A DNA stretch of 63,776 nt, counting the filler, from Asterionella formosa (lineage: Eukaryota), in assembly GCA_002256025.1 (NCBI GenBank). It is 8 parts of 8 records of this genome, joined end to end, with 100 filler letters (N's around TTAATTAATTAA, not from the genome) between each part and the next. Parts side by side here need not be neighbours in the genome. Positions count along the whole stretch, not along the records: positions 1 to 26,633 come from NKIB01001657.1; 7 more parts are not named here. One strand, given 5' to 3'. This document shows positions 10,830-21,509 of this stretch, one piece after another (position 1 is the first letter of the stretch; each line of letters begins with the position of its first letter). The notes below the pieces were generated by a model. It was given only the letters and a program-made list of their open reading frames with translations. It was not told the origin of the DNA and searched no databases. The position numbers and the translations under genes were made by a program.

Positions 10830-12923
10830 ATGAAGCATTTACATTTCACCTCGTTGCTTCTGACGAGCATTGTGCTTCCACCAAGCCTTAGCTTTGCTCC
10901 AATCTCGTTGAAATTACACCGTCGACTGACATTGGTTTTCAGCAGCAAAGCAGATAAGGATCGAGAAACAGAAATCCGACGAAAGATTATGCAGCTCAAG
11001 AAAGCGGGAAAAATCAAGAAATACGCTCTCGACGAAGTGCAGGCTGAACTCGACGAAGACGACCTAGTAGGGCTGAGCACTCTTGAAAAAATGCAGCTCC
11101 AACGACAGCGACTGAAAAATTCATCTGCGCTTGATGATTATGAAGCTGCCATTAAGGAAAAGTTGGGAAAGAACAAAGCCATTTATTTGGGTCTTGACGT
11201 TGACGTGGTGGAGGACATGTCGGAACCAAAGCAAGGACCACAGCGACAGGGCCAACTAGGTTCTCTACGGCCTACATCTACTCAAGAGAGTAAGCTGATT
11301 GTTCCAAAAATCAACATTATGGATCCATCACTCTTAGAGAACACAGTGGAAGAGGACGACGACGATGGTGACGGCGAGCTTGAACTCAATGAAGAGGAGC
11401 TCGTTGAGTTGGTCGCTCGGAAACTCAAGGAAAAGCGAGCTCGTGAGAGAGAGCAAGAAGAGGCGGATCAAGCTGGCAAGATCGCTATAATTGTAAATCA
11501 AGCGAGGGAATCTGCCACAAGAACAGCGGAGCAAGTCACACCTTTGACAAAGACCACAACTGGCATTGGTGGTTCTTGGGCCAAGAACGAGACAGCTGAA
11601 GAAGAGTCGTATCGACCCTCTCGAGGATCCTGGGGATACTTTGAGCGCCCCAAGGATATTAGCAAAGCATTTGGAGGTGGTCGTCGGGTGGGAGTTGGTT
11701 ATACCAAGGAAGCTGATGTTCGCCTATCCGAAGAGGAGACCAAGAGGCGCCTGCGGGAATACCGCGAAAAGGTAGGGATTGATGTTCAAAGTGAAAAGGA
11801 CCACGCCGGAGAGATTGAAGAAGCCCTAAGGATCTCTGGCTTGGCGATGGAGCGAGGTATTTACAATACTGCTGTATCTTCCTTGGAAAAGGTCACCAAA
11901 TGGTGTTCGTCCAACTCGAGAGTAGGTGGCAAAGTGTTTTTGGAACTCGCAATGGCCTACGAAGCGAATGGGCAGACAGAAGAAGCCATTTCTGTGTACC
12001 AGACTCTGACAAAATGTCGTATTGAGGAAATCAAACTTAATGCAAAAAAGCTCCTGTATGGAATAGAAGCACTCCAATTCATGAGAGACGAAGCCAAAAG
12101 TGAGGCGTTCAGTCGAAAAAAAGCCCGAAATGCCTTCATTGATACAACAAGCAATGCTCTTGCGAACTTTGCAGATAATTTCGACGATGTTTACCGAACT
12201 GGCTATGTAGATATCGATTCTGGGTTTTATCGGAAATTGAGCGAGAATGTTGTTCGATCAAATCGCGAAGCCCGGCAGATTTTATTGCGAGCTACAGTAT
12301 CTGGGGAAGTGAATCGGCTCAAGGTTGTGCAAGCTCTCCGTTCATTGAGCCGTCACTTTGACGAGGCACTTGAAAAAGAGATCGAAAGTGCTGCCCCCAT
12401 CAAAGAACCAGTTGCAGTGATTGATGGCAAGCCTATCTTGATACAAAAGAAGACCCAAGATTTAAAGAGTGTGGGAGTTGACGATTTTGTACTGGCCAGT
12501 GCATCGCAAATGGTTGAAAATCTTAACGGTGAATGGAGGCTTCAACTGCTTGCAGATAAAAAGGGAGATGGTGTCAAGTATTTTGATAGCAATCTCGCAT
12601 GGCAAAACTTGGATACCAAACGAATGGTATTCTCAAGTGCATCTCCTGCTGGGTTTATGTCCATAATCGATTCAGGCATTCTTGAGTTTAAAGAAGAAAG
12701 GCGCATTTTGGTGCGTGGCAACGTGGAATCATCAAGTAGTCTGCTATCTGGCCTATTTCCAAACATTGGAGCGACGTCAAGCGTTGTTGCTCAGCAGATT
12801 GTTATTGTAGACTCTGTCCTCCTTGTAACTCGATGCGTTCCTGGGAAGCGCCGACTCAAGGACGAGATTAAAGAGTTCTTTGCTGTGTGGAGAAAAGTGA
12901 ACCCCGGGACATATTCGAAGTGA
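10830..12923 (+). CDS. Plastid-targeted TPR-like protein
   Basis: 697-aa ORF with signal peptide ending SLS-FAP. YRPSRGSWGYFERPKDISKAFGGGR resembles a plant chloroplast TPR family. TPR helix LELAMAYEANGQTEEAISVYQTL. Confidence 0.8.
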   Translation: MKHLHFTSLLLTSIVLPPSLSFAPISLKLHRRLTLVFSSKADKDRETEIRRKIMQLKKAGKIKKYALDEVQAELDEDDLVGLSTLEKMQLQRQRLKNSSALDDYEAAIKEKLGKNKAIYLGLDVDVVEDMSEPKQGPQRQGQLGSLRPTSTQESKLIVPKINIMDPSLLENTVEEDDDDGDGELELNEEELVELVARKLKEKRAREREQEEADQAGKIAIIVNQARESATRTAEQVTPLTKTTTGIGGSWAKNETAEEESYRPSRGSWGYFERPKDISKAFGGGRRVGVGYTKEADVRLSEEETKRRLREYREKVGIDVQSEKDHAGEIEEALRISGLAMERGIYNTAVSSLEKVTKWCSSNSRVGGKVFLELAMAYEANGQTEEAISVYQTLTKCRIEEIKLNAKKLLYGIEALQFMRDEAKSEAFSRKKARNAFIDTTSNALANFADNFDDVYRTGYVDIDSGFYRKLSENVVRSNREARQILLRATVSGEVNRLKVVQALRSLSRHFDEALEKEIESAAPIKEPVAVIDGKPILIQKKTQDLKSVGVDDFVLASASQMVENLNGEWRLQLLADKKGDGVKYFDSNLAWQNLDTKRMVFSSASPAGFMSIIDSGILEFKEERRILVRGNVESSSSLLSGLFPNIGATSSVVAQQIVIVDSVLLVTRCVPGKRRLKDEIKEFFAVWRKVNPGTYSK

Positions 12924-13712
12924 ACTTATAGCTAGCTACCATGGGCTGGAAGAACATGATGTATTTATTGTACTTTCTCGACGAATTCATCTGCTTGCTT
13001 ATAGTTTGACATTAGACTTTTAACTACTATAGTAAATTGAGTGGACATGACAAGAATGGAAAGCACGTGCAAACAAAGGTGAGGCGAACTAAGGCACACT
13101 TACTTTCAACTGATGAATGAACAAAAAGGAAGTCGTTTTCTTTTATACACTAAATCATTTTATAGTGAAACTATGGTGGTATGAGGTAGGCTAATAGGGC
13201 TGGACTGCACAGCTACATAAGTGTAGAATAACAAGCCAAACAAGGGCCACAACCCTAAGGGCCAACTGATGTCATGTAATTAAATTAATCAACAAAGACA
13301 CAATTTTTATCTCTAACAGAAACAACAGAAATGAATTTTGGGAGGATGGATTCTCTTCAACAATTATTATTATCACTAGCTACTTATGGAATAATGCTTT
13401 TAATCATTTGTAAACAACATGCGCAATGGCATCATTTGAATCTTTAGACAATGAAACTTACTCTGCAGCAAGGAAACAGGATGACCAGTGGGTTGCAAGT
13501 ATCACTCCTGCTGATTTTTTCATTGACAACAATAAAAGACATGCTCATTCAACAGATATCGCTACAACAATTTTGTGTATTTGTGCTCACTTTAAAATCG
13601 CCGGATACAGAAACAAAACAAAGATGATAACAATTACACTCATTAAGAATTGGTTAAAGACTCTTGATCTTTGAGACATGGTGGGGTACAACAAATAGTC
13701 ATCAAAAGAACC

Positions 13713-13853
13713 AAAGAAGTATCTGAAAAGAAACGGCGCTCCTTTTGCTCCTGAATCATCAACAAGGTTGTCTCCTTGCCTAAAGAAGTATCTGAAAAGA
13801 AAAGGCGCTCCCTTTACTCCTGAATCATCAACAAGGAAGTCTCACTCCTTGCC
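13713..13853 (+). repeat. Tandem duplication of a ~70-bp unit
   Basis: AAAGAAGTATCTGAAAAGAAA.GGCGCTCC...CTCCTGAATCATCAACAAGG occurs twice. Confidence 0.9.
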
Positions 13854-14219
13854 TACTACTATCAAAGCAACTTTCCACTACCAGAGAAGATATTGCCAAT
13901 GACTCAAGTACAGCAATTTCCGAGTTATCTCCCTCCTTCCCAATTGTCTGCATTTCCATCTCCAGTTCCTGCTGATATTTAATGGATGACGATTCTGAAC
14001 GATCTCACCAGATTATTAAGGAACAGGGACAACCTCCAAAGAATCAGAGGAAAAAAATGCTGCAACTGCTCCGAAATATATTAAGAAGCATCATGGCACA
14101 TACTAATATTGAGTAATTAATGTCAACTTTGATGAGAAACATCAGCAAGATATTTTGTGTCTTGGGGAATACTCCAACTATACAAAATCTGAACTGAGTT
14201 TGAGTAATAGCATATCTTG

Positions 14220-14449
14220 CTTTCAATTTTATGATCATACAATCCTGAAACTATGATGATTTACTGTCCCTCTGCAGTAGCAACAGTCCTGAACATGTTC
14301 TGTTGCTTGCTTACTACTCCAACTACCCCCTTTCAATTTTATGATCATACAATCCTGAAACAAAGATAATTTACTGTCCCACTGCAGTAGCAACAGTTTT
14401 GAACATACGGTGTTCTGTTCTGTTGCTCACTTACTACTTCGACTACCCC
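14220..14449 (+). repeat. Tandem duplication of a ~110-bp unit
   Basis: CTTTCAATTTTATGATCATACAATCCTGAAAC...CTGCAGTAGCAACAGT...ACTACCCC starts at 14220 and at 14330. Confidence 0.9.
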
Positions 14450-14595
14450 TAGTAGTACATCACTTCCTACCTGCTACTGGCACTCTGTATATAGATGATG
14501 AAATGTGATGATTATATGATGTACACATGAAGAACTCCCGCCTAAAAAAGGGGCTTAAATAATTAGCTACCAAAATCCTTGAGTATAAATAAAAG

Positions 14596-15075
14596 TCGTG
14601 GAAAACAATGGACATATCGTGCATTGAAATTTTTTGAATTATCTATATACAAATATGATCATCTCAACAATACCAGACGTTCCATATTGAGAGTGCCTTT
14701 GAATGTTATAAATGTATGACACTTGATATATTTATACATTTACAAAATTTATAACTATATACATGGCAAATATATTTGAAATTGTTCTGTCATGTTAACA
14801 AACAATGCCTGCTTCGTGAAAAGAAATATCGTAGTAAAGCATATGACAAGGAAAGTTTACGCAATAACGAAAAAAAATGTGGCTTACACACATTGTGCCT
14901 TTGAAAGATGGAGTATGTTTAAGGTAATAAAGCCATCAATTTGCGTGGTACTTGGATGACAATCGTTGGGAGGCAGGACAACAACAAAGTGTAAACTAAA
15001 CGCACATTTCCTTTTTTCTCAGTTGAATCAACAGCTCGTTTCGCTTGTTGGAGAGCACCAATGTAAAACAAAAAT
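14596..15075 (+). repeat. Dispersed ~480-bp non-coding repeat, copy 1 (probable non-autonomous TE)
   Basis: Colinear with the reverse complement of ~26750-27256, sharing the end GTGGAAAACAATGGACATAT. Confidence 0.9.
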
Positions 15076-16329
15076 AATATTGGTAATTGCTCTTGTCATT
15101 GGACCTATTCACTTCTGATGGAACATAACTGACGGACACGCCACTTTACCTTCTCTCGAACTTAAGCTAACGAAAATCGGTTAGTTTTTTTCGACAACAT
15201 TGGATACCTGAAACTTACTTATTCAAGAATTTACTGACAACTTACTATTACAGACTTATGCATCGCTTGCTTTGATTTGGCTGTGGTAAGTGAAGCAAGC
15301 AAGAGGATACGATGGAATGGCGTGATGTTGTGTCAGTGTAACATGTCTAGATAACAAGTCATTCCTTCTCATTGTTACTGTAACTGCATAGGACAATAAA
15401 ACCGATCAAACAACGGAATAGTCGGCGAGTTCAGAACGACACTAACAGCAGGGAAAGAGACGCAACATTAGTAAGGCACTGCTTGGCACAAGCTTCAGAA
15501 TAGAGGAAGAAAAGGGCGAGACAGGAATATACATTGAGACAATTGGAGAGGAGAGAAACATTCCTCGGGTAGCTGTCGAAACAGAAGTATCATTGCTAAA
15601 TTTGTTAATTAAATTACAATCCATTCCAATCCTTTTTGAACAATCCATGTGATTGGTATTATGATCATGTTCAAGATAGATATACAATGAAACAATTCAT
15701 ATGATAGCATAGAGTTTAGCTGATTTTAGGTTGCGTTGTAGTAATAATTTACATTTGGCAATCTCAAGAAGTGAAAATGAAATGGGAAGGTTTATGATAT
15801 TGATAAGAAATGTGGTTGATCAGTTGATATACATTTTGTGATGATAATTTTCTTATTATCATTATACTTCAAGTTTGGTAAAATATCAATAAATTGTTAT
15901 AGTTACAGGATACCTTGATCATAGTTTTGATCCAAAAATTATCATGTACATGAAAATCTTCTGCCACTTAACATACAATACCCTTGATCCTATATGCATG
16001 ATAATTTTTATTTGCAGACGTTGGTAGCAATTGCTACCAATTTGGACCCAAATTGATATCAAGCCTTTCCAACTTCTGGGGCATAGATTCCCACAAAATG
16101 ATTATGATGACGTATTCAGTGATGTCACCTGTCTTAGTAATCGCAATTGATACCCTAAATTGGTTATGCCAAATCGGTAGTTCCAAATCGGTGTCACCAA
16201 ATTGGTAGCAACAGCGTTCTATACTAAATCGTTTTAATGTTTTTTTCATCAAGTCAATCTAATAGTAAAGCAAGTTGTGAGTTTTTACTGTTAAGTCGAA
16301 ACCAACAACAACATGACCAACGGGTTAGC

Positions 16330-17280
16330 CTACTCAATAGCCTACCAGCACATCAAGACCAATATGAATGTGGATTTCAACAGCTGATCCCACCATGCAC
16401 ACCTTGGCTGACAAATTGACGAACAGGGCAGCCCATATGATGCGTTTTTGACAATTAGAGCAACAGTTCAGCCCCTCCATAGCTAGTATCCCATCAAAAC
16501 CAACAGCTGAGCCAGCCAACAATGCCTAGCTAGTATTGACATCTAGACCATCACCAGCAGGCTGGAGGTCAGGCCCCCTCCGCACCACCTACATGGCTGA
16601 CATCAAACCGAAATGATTGGCTGCTGATGCCAGCAACTGATTCCTCCAACAAATCAACCAACAGCTGAGCCAATGCCTGTTGAAATCAAGACCATCACCA
16701 GGTGGAGGACAGCCCCTCCTCCCCTCTCCCTACATGGCTGATGTAAAAACCTACATGATTGGCTGTGATGCTAACAGCTGATTCCACACCATGATGGCCA
16801 ACATATAGACCAACAGCTGAACCTTTTCTGCCTATCGATATCTCTTACCATCAGGTCAGCCCCTTCATCATGAGCTATGGCTGACATCAAAGCCGAAATT
16901 ATTGATGCCAACAGCTGATTGCAGACCACAGTCGTTGATATCTAGAGCAACAGGTCAGACTATCATGCCTTAGCTCAGGTTAGAACTGCTGCCATAAATG
17001 CAAACAACAGCTGAGAAATCTCACCCCTTTGCCAAAGGTCAAAACCAACATGGTTCCCAAAACTGATCCCACACCTTGGCCAGCGTCCTAACCAACGCTA
17101 TTGCCGCCTTCTTACACTACGGTTTGGCCGACATTGCTACAAAAGCAAGCCCAACTCCTTGGATGATGCACATCTAAGCCAAACGTTTTGGTACATGCAG
17201 CTCGCCTCCTGTTCATACCTCTTGGCTGGCTGACATCTAAACTGGCCAACATCGCTACCAATCATCAAACATACCTTACT
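16330..17280 (+). pseudogene. Decayed Pro/Thr-repeat (PTAEP/PTADP-type) coding sequence with ~150-bp periodicity
   Basis: CAACAGCTGA recurs at ~16378, 16501, 16659, 16811, 16909 and 17005. CCA ACA GCT GAG CCA encodes PTAEP. No long ORF remains. Confidence 0.55.
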
Positions 17281-17549
17281 ATTGATGTCGAGAACACTAT
17301 ATATATTATTTATCAATGCTTCCATTTTGATGTCATTTTGATAAAGTATTCATCATGTCGTTTTTGTTGCTAGCTCCAGGCGGTCGTGAAAAATGAGTTG
17401 AATTATTGAATATATACCTTGTTGGACGATATTCAACATATTTAAAATAATAGTGGCTGTATGTATATTACTGATCATACCAATTTGGATTTCGATAGCA
17501 TAACATTCATATTATATCTCTTGTATCTTATATCAATGATGATACCAAT

Positions 17550-17795
17550 TAGGAAATCACGAATCCAAATTGGTAGCAAATTTCAATCCCTGATCTTAAT
17601 GCCAACAATAGATACCAATTTCGAAACCCGATTGGTAGTAAAAATAAAATTGACAGCAATTTGGATCCAAATTGGTAGCAACATTTCAGACCATATCACT
17701 AATGCGAACTATAGATACCAATTTTGAAACCGGATTGGTAGTAAAAATAAAATTGATACCAATTTGGATCCAAATTGGTAGGAAATGATACCAAT
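17550..17795. repeat. Palindrome-rich array with a ~103-bp direct repeat
   Basis: 17608-17682 resembles 17711-17785. Perfect 24-bp palindrome TACCAATTTGGATCCAAATTGGTA at 17757-17780. Confidence 0.9.
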
Positions 17796-17938
17796 GTGTA
17801 GATGTGGAACTTGACACAACCAAAGATGGTAGTAATATAGGAAATGACATGACCCAACAAAGTTGACAAAATCATCAGGATTGCCTGATTGTTTGTTTTT
17901 TCGATAGGCAACTTGATAATGATGATTAATGTATCTCA

Positions 17939-18860
17939 TTACCAATGAAAAGTCTTTGGAAGTGAGGACATCATATTTTTTGCGTAGTCAGCATCAATTC
18001 CAACTTGGTCCCAGTATTCATCTTCGGGAAATGCTAGAATGGTGCAGTTGACATCCTCATCATCAATATATGTGACAACAAGTCGATCGAAAATGAACTT
18101 GTGTCGAAATCTTCTTGCATCAAGTTCAGCCAGAGTTGGTGGCTGACGTAGACGCAAAACATCACTGCGATGCTTGTTGCACATGTAGACATTAATGACA
18201 CGGAAGTATGTGTTGCTGCGCGCAGGTCACAGCATCTGGAGGGGTTGACTTTGCCTGTGCCTTATTCTTTTTCGCCTTTTTTACAGGAGGGTTCACTTCC
18301 TCTTGATCAAACTGAGGATCAACCAAAGACTCATGTGGTGGCTGCACTGCTGTTGCCTCTTGAACTTTGTCGTTCCTTTCATCATTATCATCTTCGCAAT
18401 CTTCATCGATTTTGAATTCCTCATCATCAATTGATGAATATTCGTGATTATCATTATCACTATCCAATTCAATGTCTGATTCATTGACATTGAAAGATCT
18501 AGGGTATATACTCTGTGACAAGCTGTCTCTCTTCAAAAGTCGAACAATCAAAGCAACAGTGAAAGCCTTCTTCGTATTTTTGTATCCAGAAAGGTTGTAT
18601 CTGACGCAAATTATTCGGAGAACCTTGACCGAGATCTGCTTCATTGCAACACCTTTGATAAAAATCACCTGTGTCCTTTCACTATCAAGCACAAAGTCAT
18701 CAGGAAGTATGAGGGAGTCAACAAATCGATCGACTTCAGTATCTGTAGCAAGAGACTGCATTGTATTGTTGGAGGTGGTGGGTTGATCTTGATATACAGT
18801 GGTCTCCACATCAACAGTTGTTGTTTGCGTTTGTGTGACTGGTTCCATATGCGGTTCCAT
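17939..18860 (-). pseudogene. Frameshifted transposon-like accessory ORF (small helical DNA-binding-like domain, acidic tract, basic NLS)
   Basis: ORFs 18192-19037 and 17939-18184 abut. Motif KQISVKVLRIICVRYNLSGYKNTKK. Flanked by palindromic arrays. Confidence 0.45.
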
Positions 18861-19187
18861 TTGCCTTGCTTGTAGTATCTTCAAGGAGATTCCAATGACT
18901 GATCTGTAGTAACAAATACACAAAAACACTTGGGAGTTATAAGATCGCCAATATAAGTAAGTGGCAAGTATAAGTTTCTGTCTGGTGCCGTATAATTGTA
19001 TCAATGGTGTTGCTTGGACGATGTACCCAGCCAGCATAAAATTGAAGGAATAGTATATGCCATTAATATTATTAGTGGTGCCTTGCCTTGCAGGCTTATT
19101 TTCGGTTATTTTGTTAGTGACAACGGAAATGATACCTGCGTGAAAACGTTAGTATCACTGATACCATTTTTGGAGGGGGCAAAAAAA

Positions 19188-19224
19188 GGTATCAATTTTG
19201 TATCAATGATACAAAATTGATACC
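19188..19224. repeat. Perfect 18-bp inverted repeat with 1-nt spacer
   Basis: GGTATCAATTTTGTATCA-A-TGATACAAAATTGATACC. Confidence 0.95.
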
Positions 19225-19611
19225 ATCAAGTTACCATTGCTGGTACCAGGTACCGTGTTTTGATACCAACCGTCACTTTTTGCCCGCAACCCGGAAATGA
19301 TACAGCAAATTCGGAATGATAAGAACGACCCTAACCATCTCTTACATTTTTTTTGCCAAGTTGGTATCAAAAATACCGATTTGGCTAAAATCCCAATTTG
19401 GATTTCGGACACAAAGAAAAGACTTGAAATCCCAATATGGAGTCCGAATTGGGTACTTTTCGTCTCGTGTGTACGTGAAGAGATTAACAAATCCATAACT
19501 TACGCACCAACCAAATTTTTTTTTCTTCCCATCAAAATACATCGCTCAAATTGCTCATTTTCAATCTCAATTTTTGACTTTCGGTTTTATATACCGGTAT
19601 TGTTTCCAAGC

Positions 19612-21225
19612 ATGACCATATCAACGCTAGTGGTTGCTCATATTTGCCGCTTACTAAGTTCTCAAGTTTGGAATCCCCCAGCAGCATTGGCATTGGCGTT
19701 CCATCCCAACAGCCGATGTAGCAATGGGTGGCCGCTACAATTGCCGAGACGCCCCACACGATCTTCAAGGAGGTGCTTTACCACAATAAATCATGGTGCA
19801 GTAACGTTTCATAGCTTCAAAAGCCCTCTCTCATTGGGACACTCCACGCCTGAACTTCCCTCTGATCTCGTTGACAGCGACGACTCGGAAGAAGAAGGGG
19901 ACGAAGAGGTTTTGTCACTGATTGACGAGAGCAACGACGGCGACAGCGACAGCGACACAGAAGTAGAAGGAGTTCAATATCTACAAGAGGGAATTGCAAG
20001 CGGATTCTTCGTTGTTAAAATTTTTCACTCTCCCAGAGAAGGGTTTGATTTGTCATTGTTCGATGAGACGCAAATTGAACGATTGGGGCTTTCGACCCAC
20101 AACGTTTCCTTGCCAGCAGCCATCATGTCGATGGATGCGGACGCCTACCCAAGCTTTTCGAAAGCGAGAAAAGAATGTCGGAAAGGAGCCATTATGATTC
20201 ACCGGGGGCCATTGGCTGATCCAAAAGAAAACGAGAATACCTTCAATGTCAAGAACAGCATTATTGGGAGGGTTGGCGATCGCGTATATGCAGGCGATGT
20301 CTTGGCAAGACAGATTCGAATATCAACAGGAGCGTACTCTCCTGTGACATACGCGCAACCGTTTGAAATGGAGGTGGTGTATGAAGACGACCATTTCGCC
20401 ATTGTCAACAAACCCGCTGGTGTTGTTGTCTATTCAAATCGAGGTGGAGGCCATGGACTCATGACGATTCGAGCCGTCCTTCCGTTTGTACTTTCTCCGC
20501 CATCAGCGGGTGTATCCAGTATGCTAAGAAGACCTCAACCTGTACATAGACTGGATAAACCAACTCAGGGGCTTTTGTTGATAGCCAAGACAAAGCCAGC
20601 AATGGTGGACTTGACCAATCAGTTTGTGCTACGAACCATTAAAAAGACATACACAGCGATCGTCAATGGTATACCCCCTGAACCAATTAAATCGTCCATT
20701 TCCGCCAGGAGAGCATACGAATTAGGGGTCGACGTCGATCCCGAAACTGATGACATGTGGCAGCTCATTGATGAACCGCTAGATGAAAAGTCTGCTGTAA
20801 CAGTTTGGCGAGCCCTGCGGTATTCAAAATGTTTGAAAGCCGAAGATCAAACATTGACACTGGTGGAAATGAAACCAAAGACTGGTAGATACCATCAGTT
20901 GCGAAGACATATGGCGTGGGTATGCGAGAGGCCACTAGCAGGTGACAAAGGCTACGATGGTGGAGGAACTGCCATTGCACTCAGATCACGTGGACTTTTT
21001 CTCTGTTCCAACCGGGTTTCCCTTGAGCATCCGTTCTACAACACAGTTGTGGGTCGAGAAAGATGGAGCAATCTGTCGAACGAAGACAAGCTCGGAATGA
21101 CGTGCGTATATGAAAATCAAGATGGGAAAGTGATGGTAACAGCTGAGATCCCCTTACCCAGCAAATTCGAGAATTTTCTGTCCCATGAGGAGGAAAGGGC
21201 CACCAAACTAGGCGATGAGGCTTAA
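19612..21225 (+). CDS. RluA/RluD-family RNA pseudouridine synthase, probably organelle-targeted
   Basis: VYEDDHFAIVNKPAG, catalytic VHRLDKPTQG, TGRYHQLRRH, PLAGDKGY. Likely start is ATG 19612; the upstream extension runs through repeat DNA. Confidence 0.9.
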   Translation: MTISTLVVAHICRLLSSQVWNPPAALALAFHPNSRCSNGWPLQLPRRPTRSSRRCFTTINHGAVTFHSFKSPLSLGHSTPELPSDLVDSDDSEEEGDEEVLSLIDESNDGDSDSDTEVEGVQYLQEGIASGFFVVKIFHSPREGFDLSLFDETQIERLGLSTHNVSLPAAIMSMDADAYPSFSKARKECRKGAIMIHRGPLADPKENENTFNVKNSIIGRVGDRVYAGDVLARQIRISTGAYSPVTYAQPFEMEVVYEDDHFAIVNKPAGVVVYSNRGGGHGLMTIRAVLPFVLSPPSAGVSSMLRRPQPVHRLDKPTQGLLLIAKTKPAMVDLTNQFVLRTIKKTYTAIVNGIPPEPIKSSISARRAYELGVDVDPETDDMWQLIDEPLDEKSAVTVWRALRYSKCLKAEDQTLTLVEMKPKTGRYHQLRRHMAWVCERPLAGDKGYDGGGTAIALRSRGLFLCSNRVSLEHPFYNTVVGRERWSNLSNEDKLGMTCVYENQDGKVMVTAEIPLPSKFENFLSHEEERATKLGDEA

Positions 21226-21509
21226 TGAAATAATCCATGCGCAATATTTTGATTAAAACAACTGGAGACACTTATAGAAGCATGAATTCAACAACAAAGG
21301 AACAATGTACGAAATACATTAGTAAAGTCCAATCGATACATCTGAGTGCCAATACCTAAACCTGCATTCCTGGGTACCCTAAACTTAACTCACAACGAAG
21401 GACTAGTTTCCCTGGGTGATTAAATAACGGGAGTAGCAGCAATGTACATTGACCTATCAAAAGAGGAATGGGGAATGATCTGTAGATTCCAACGTCTGGC
21501 ATTATTTTT

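Noticed and set aside
16330..17280. Regularly spaced CAACAGCTGA as a CRISPR-like array
   Set aside because: The intervening sequences resemble each other and fit decayed Pro/Thr codon repeats.
19297..19611. 105-aa N-terminal extension of the pseudouridine synthase ORF
   Set aside because: It runs through palindromic repeat DNA. ATG 19612 gives a targeting-peptide-like start.
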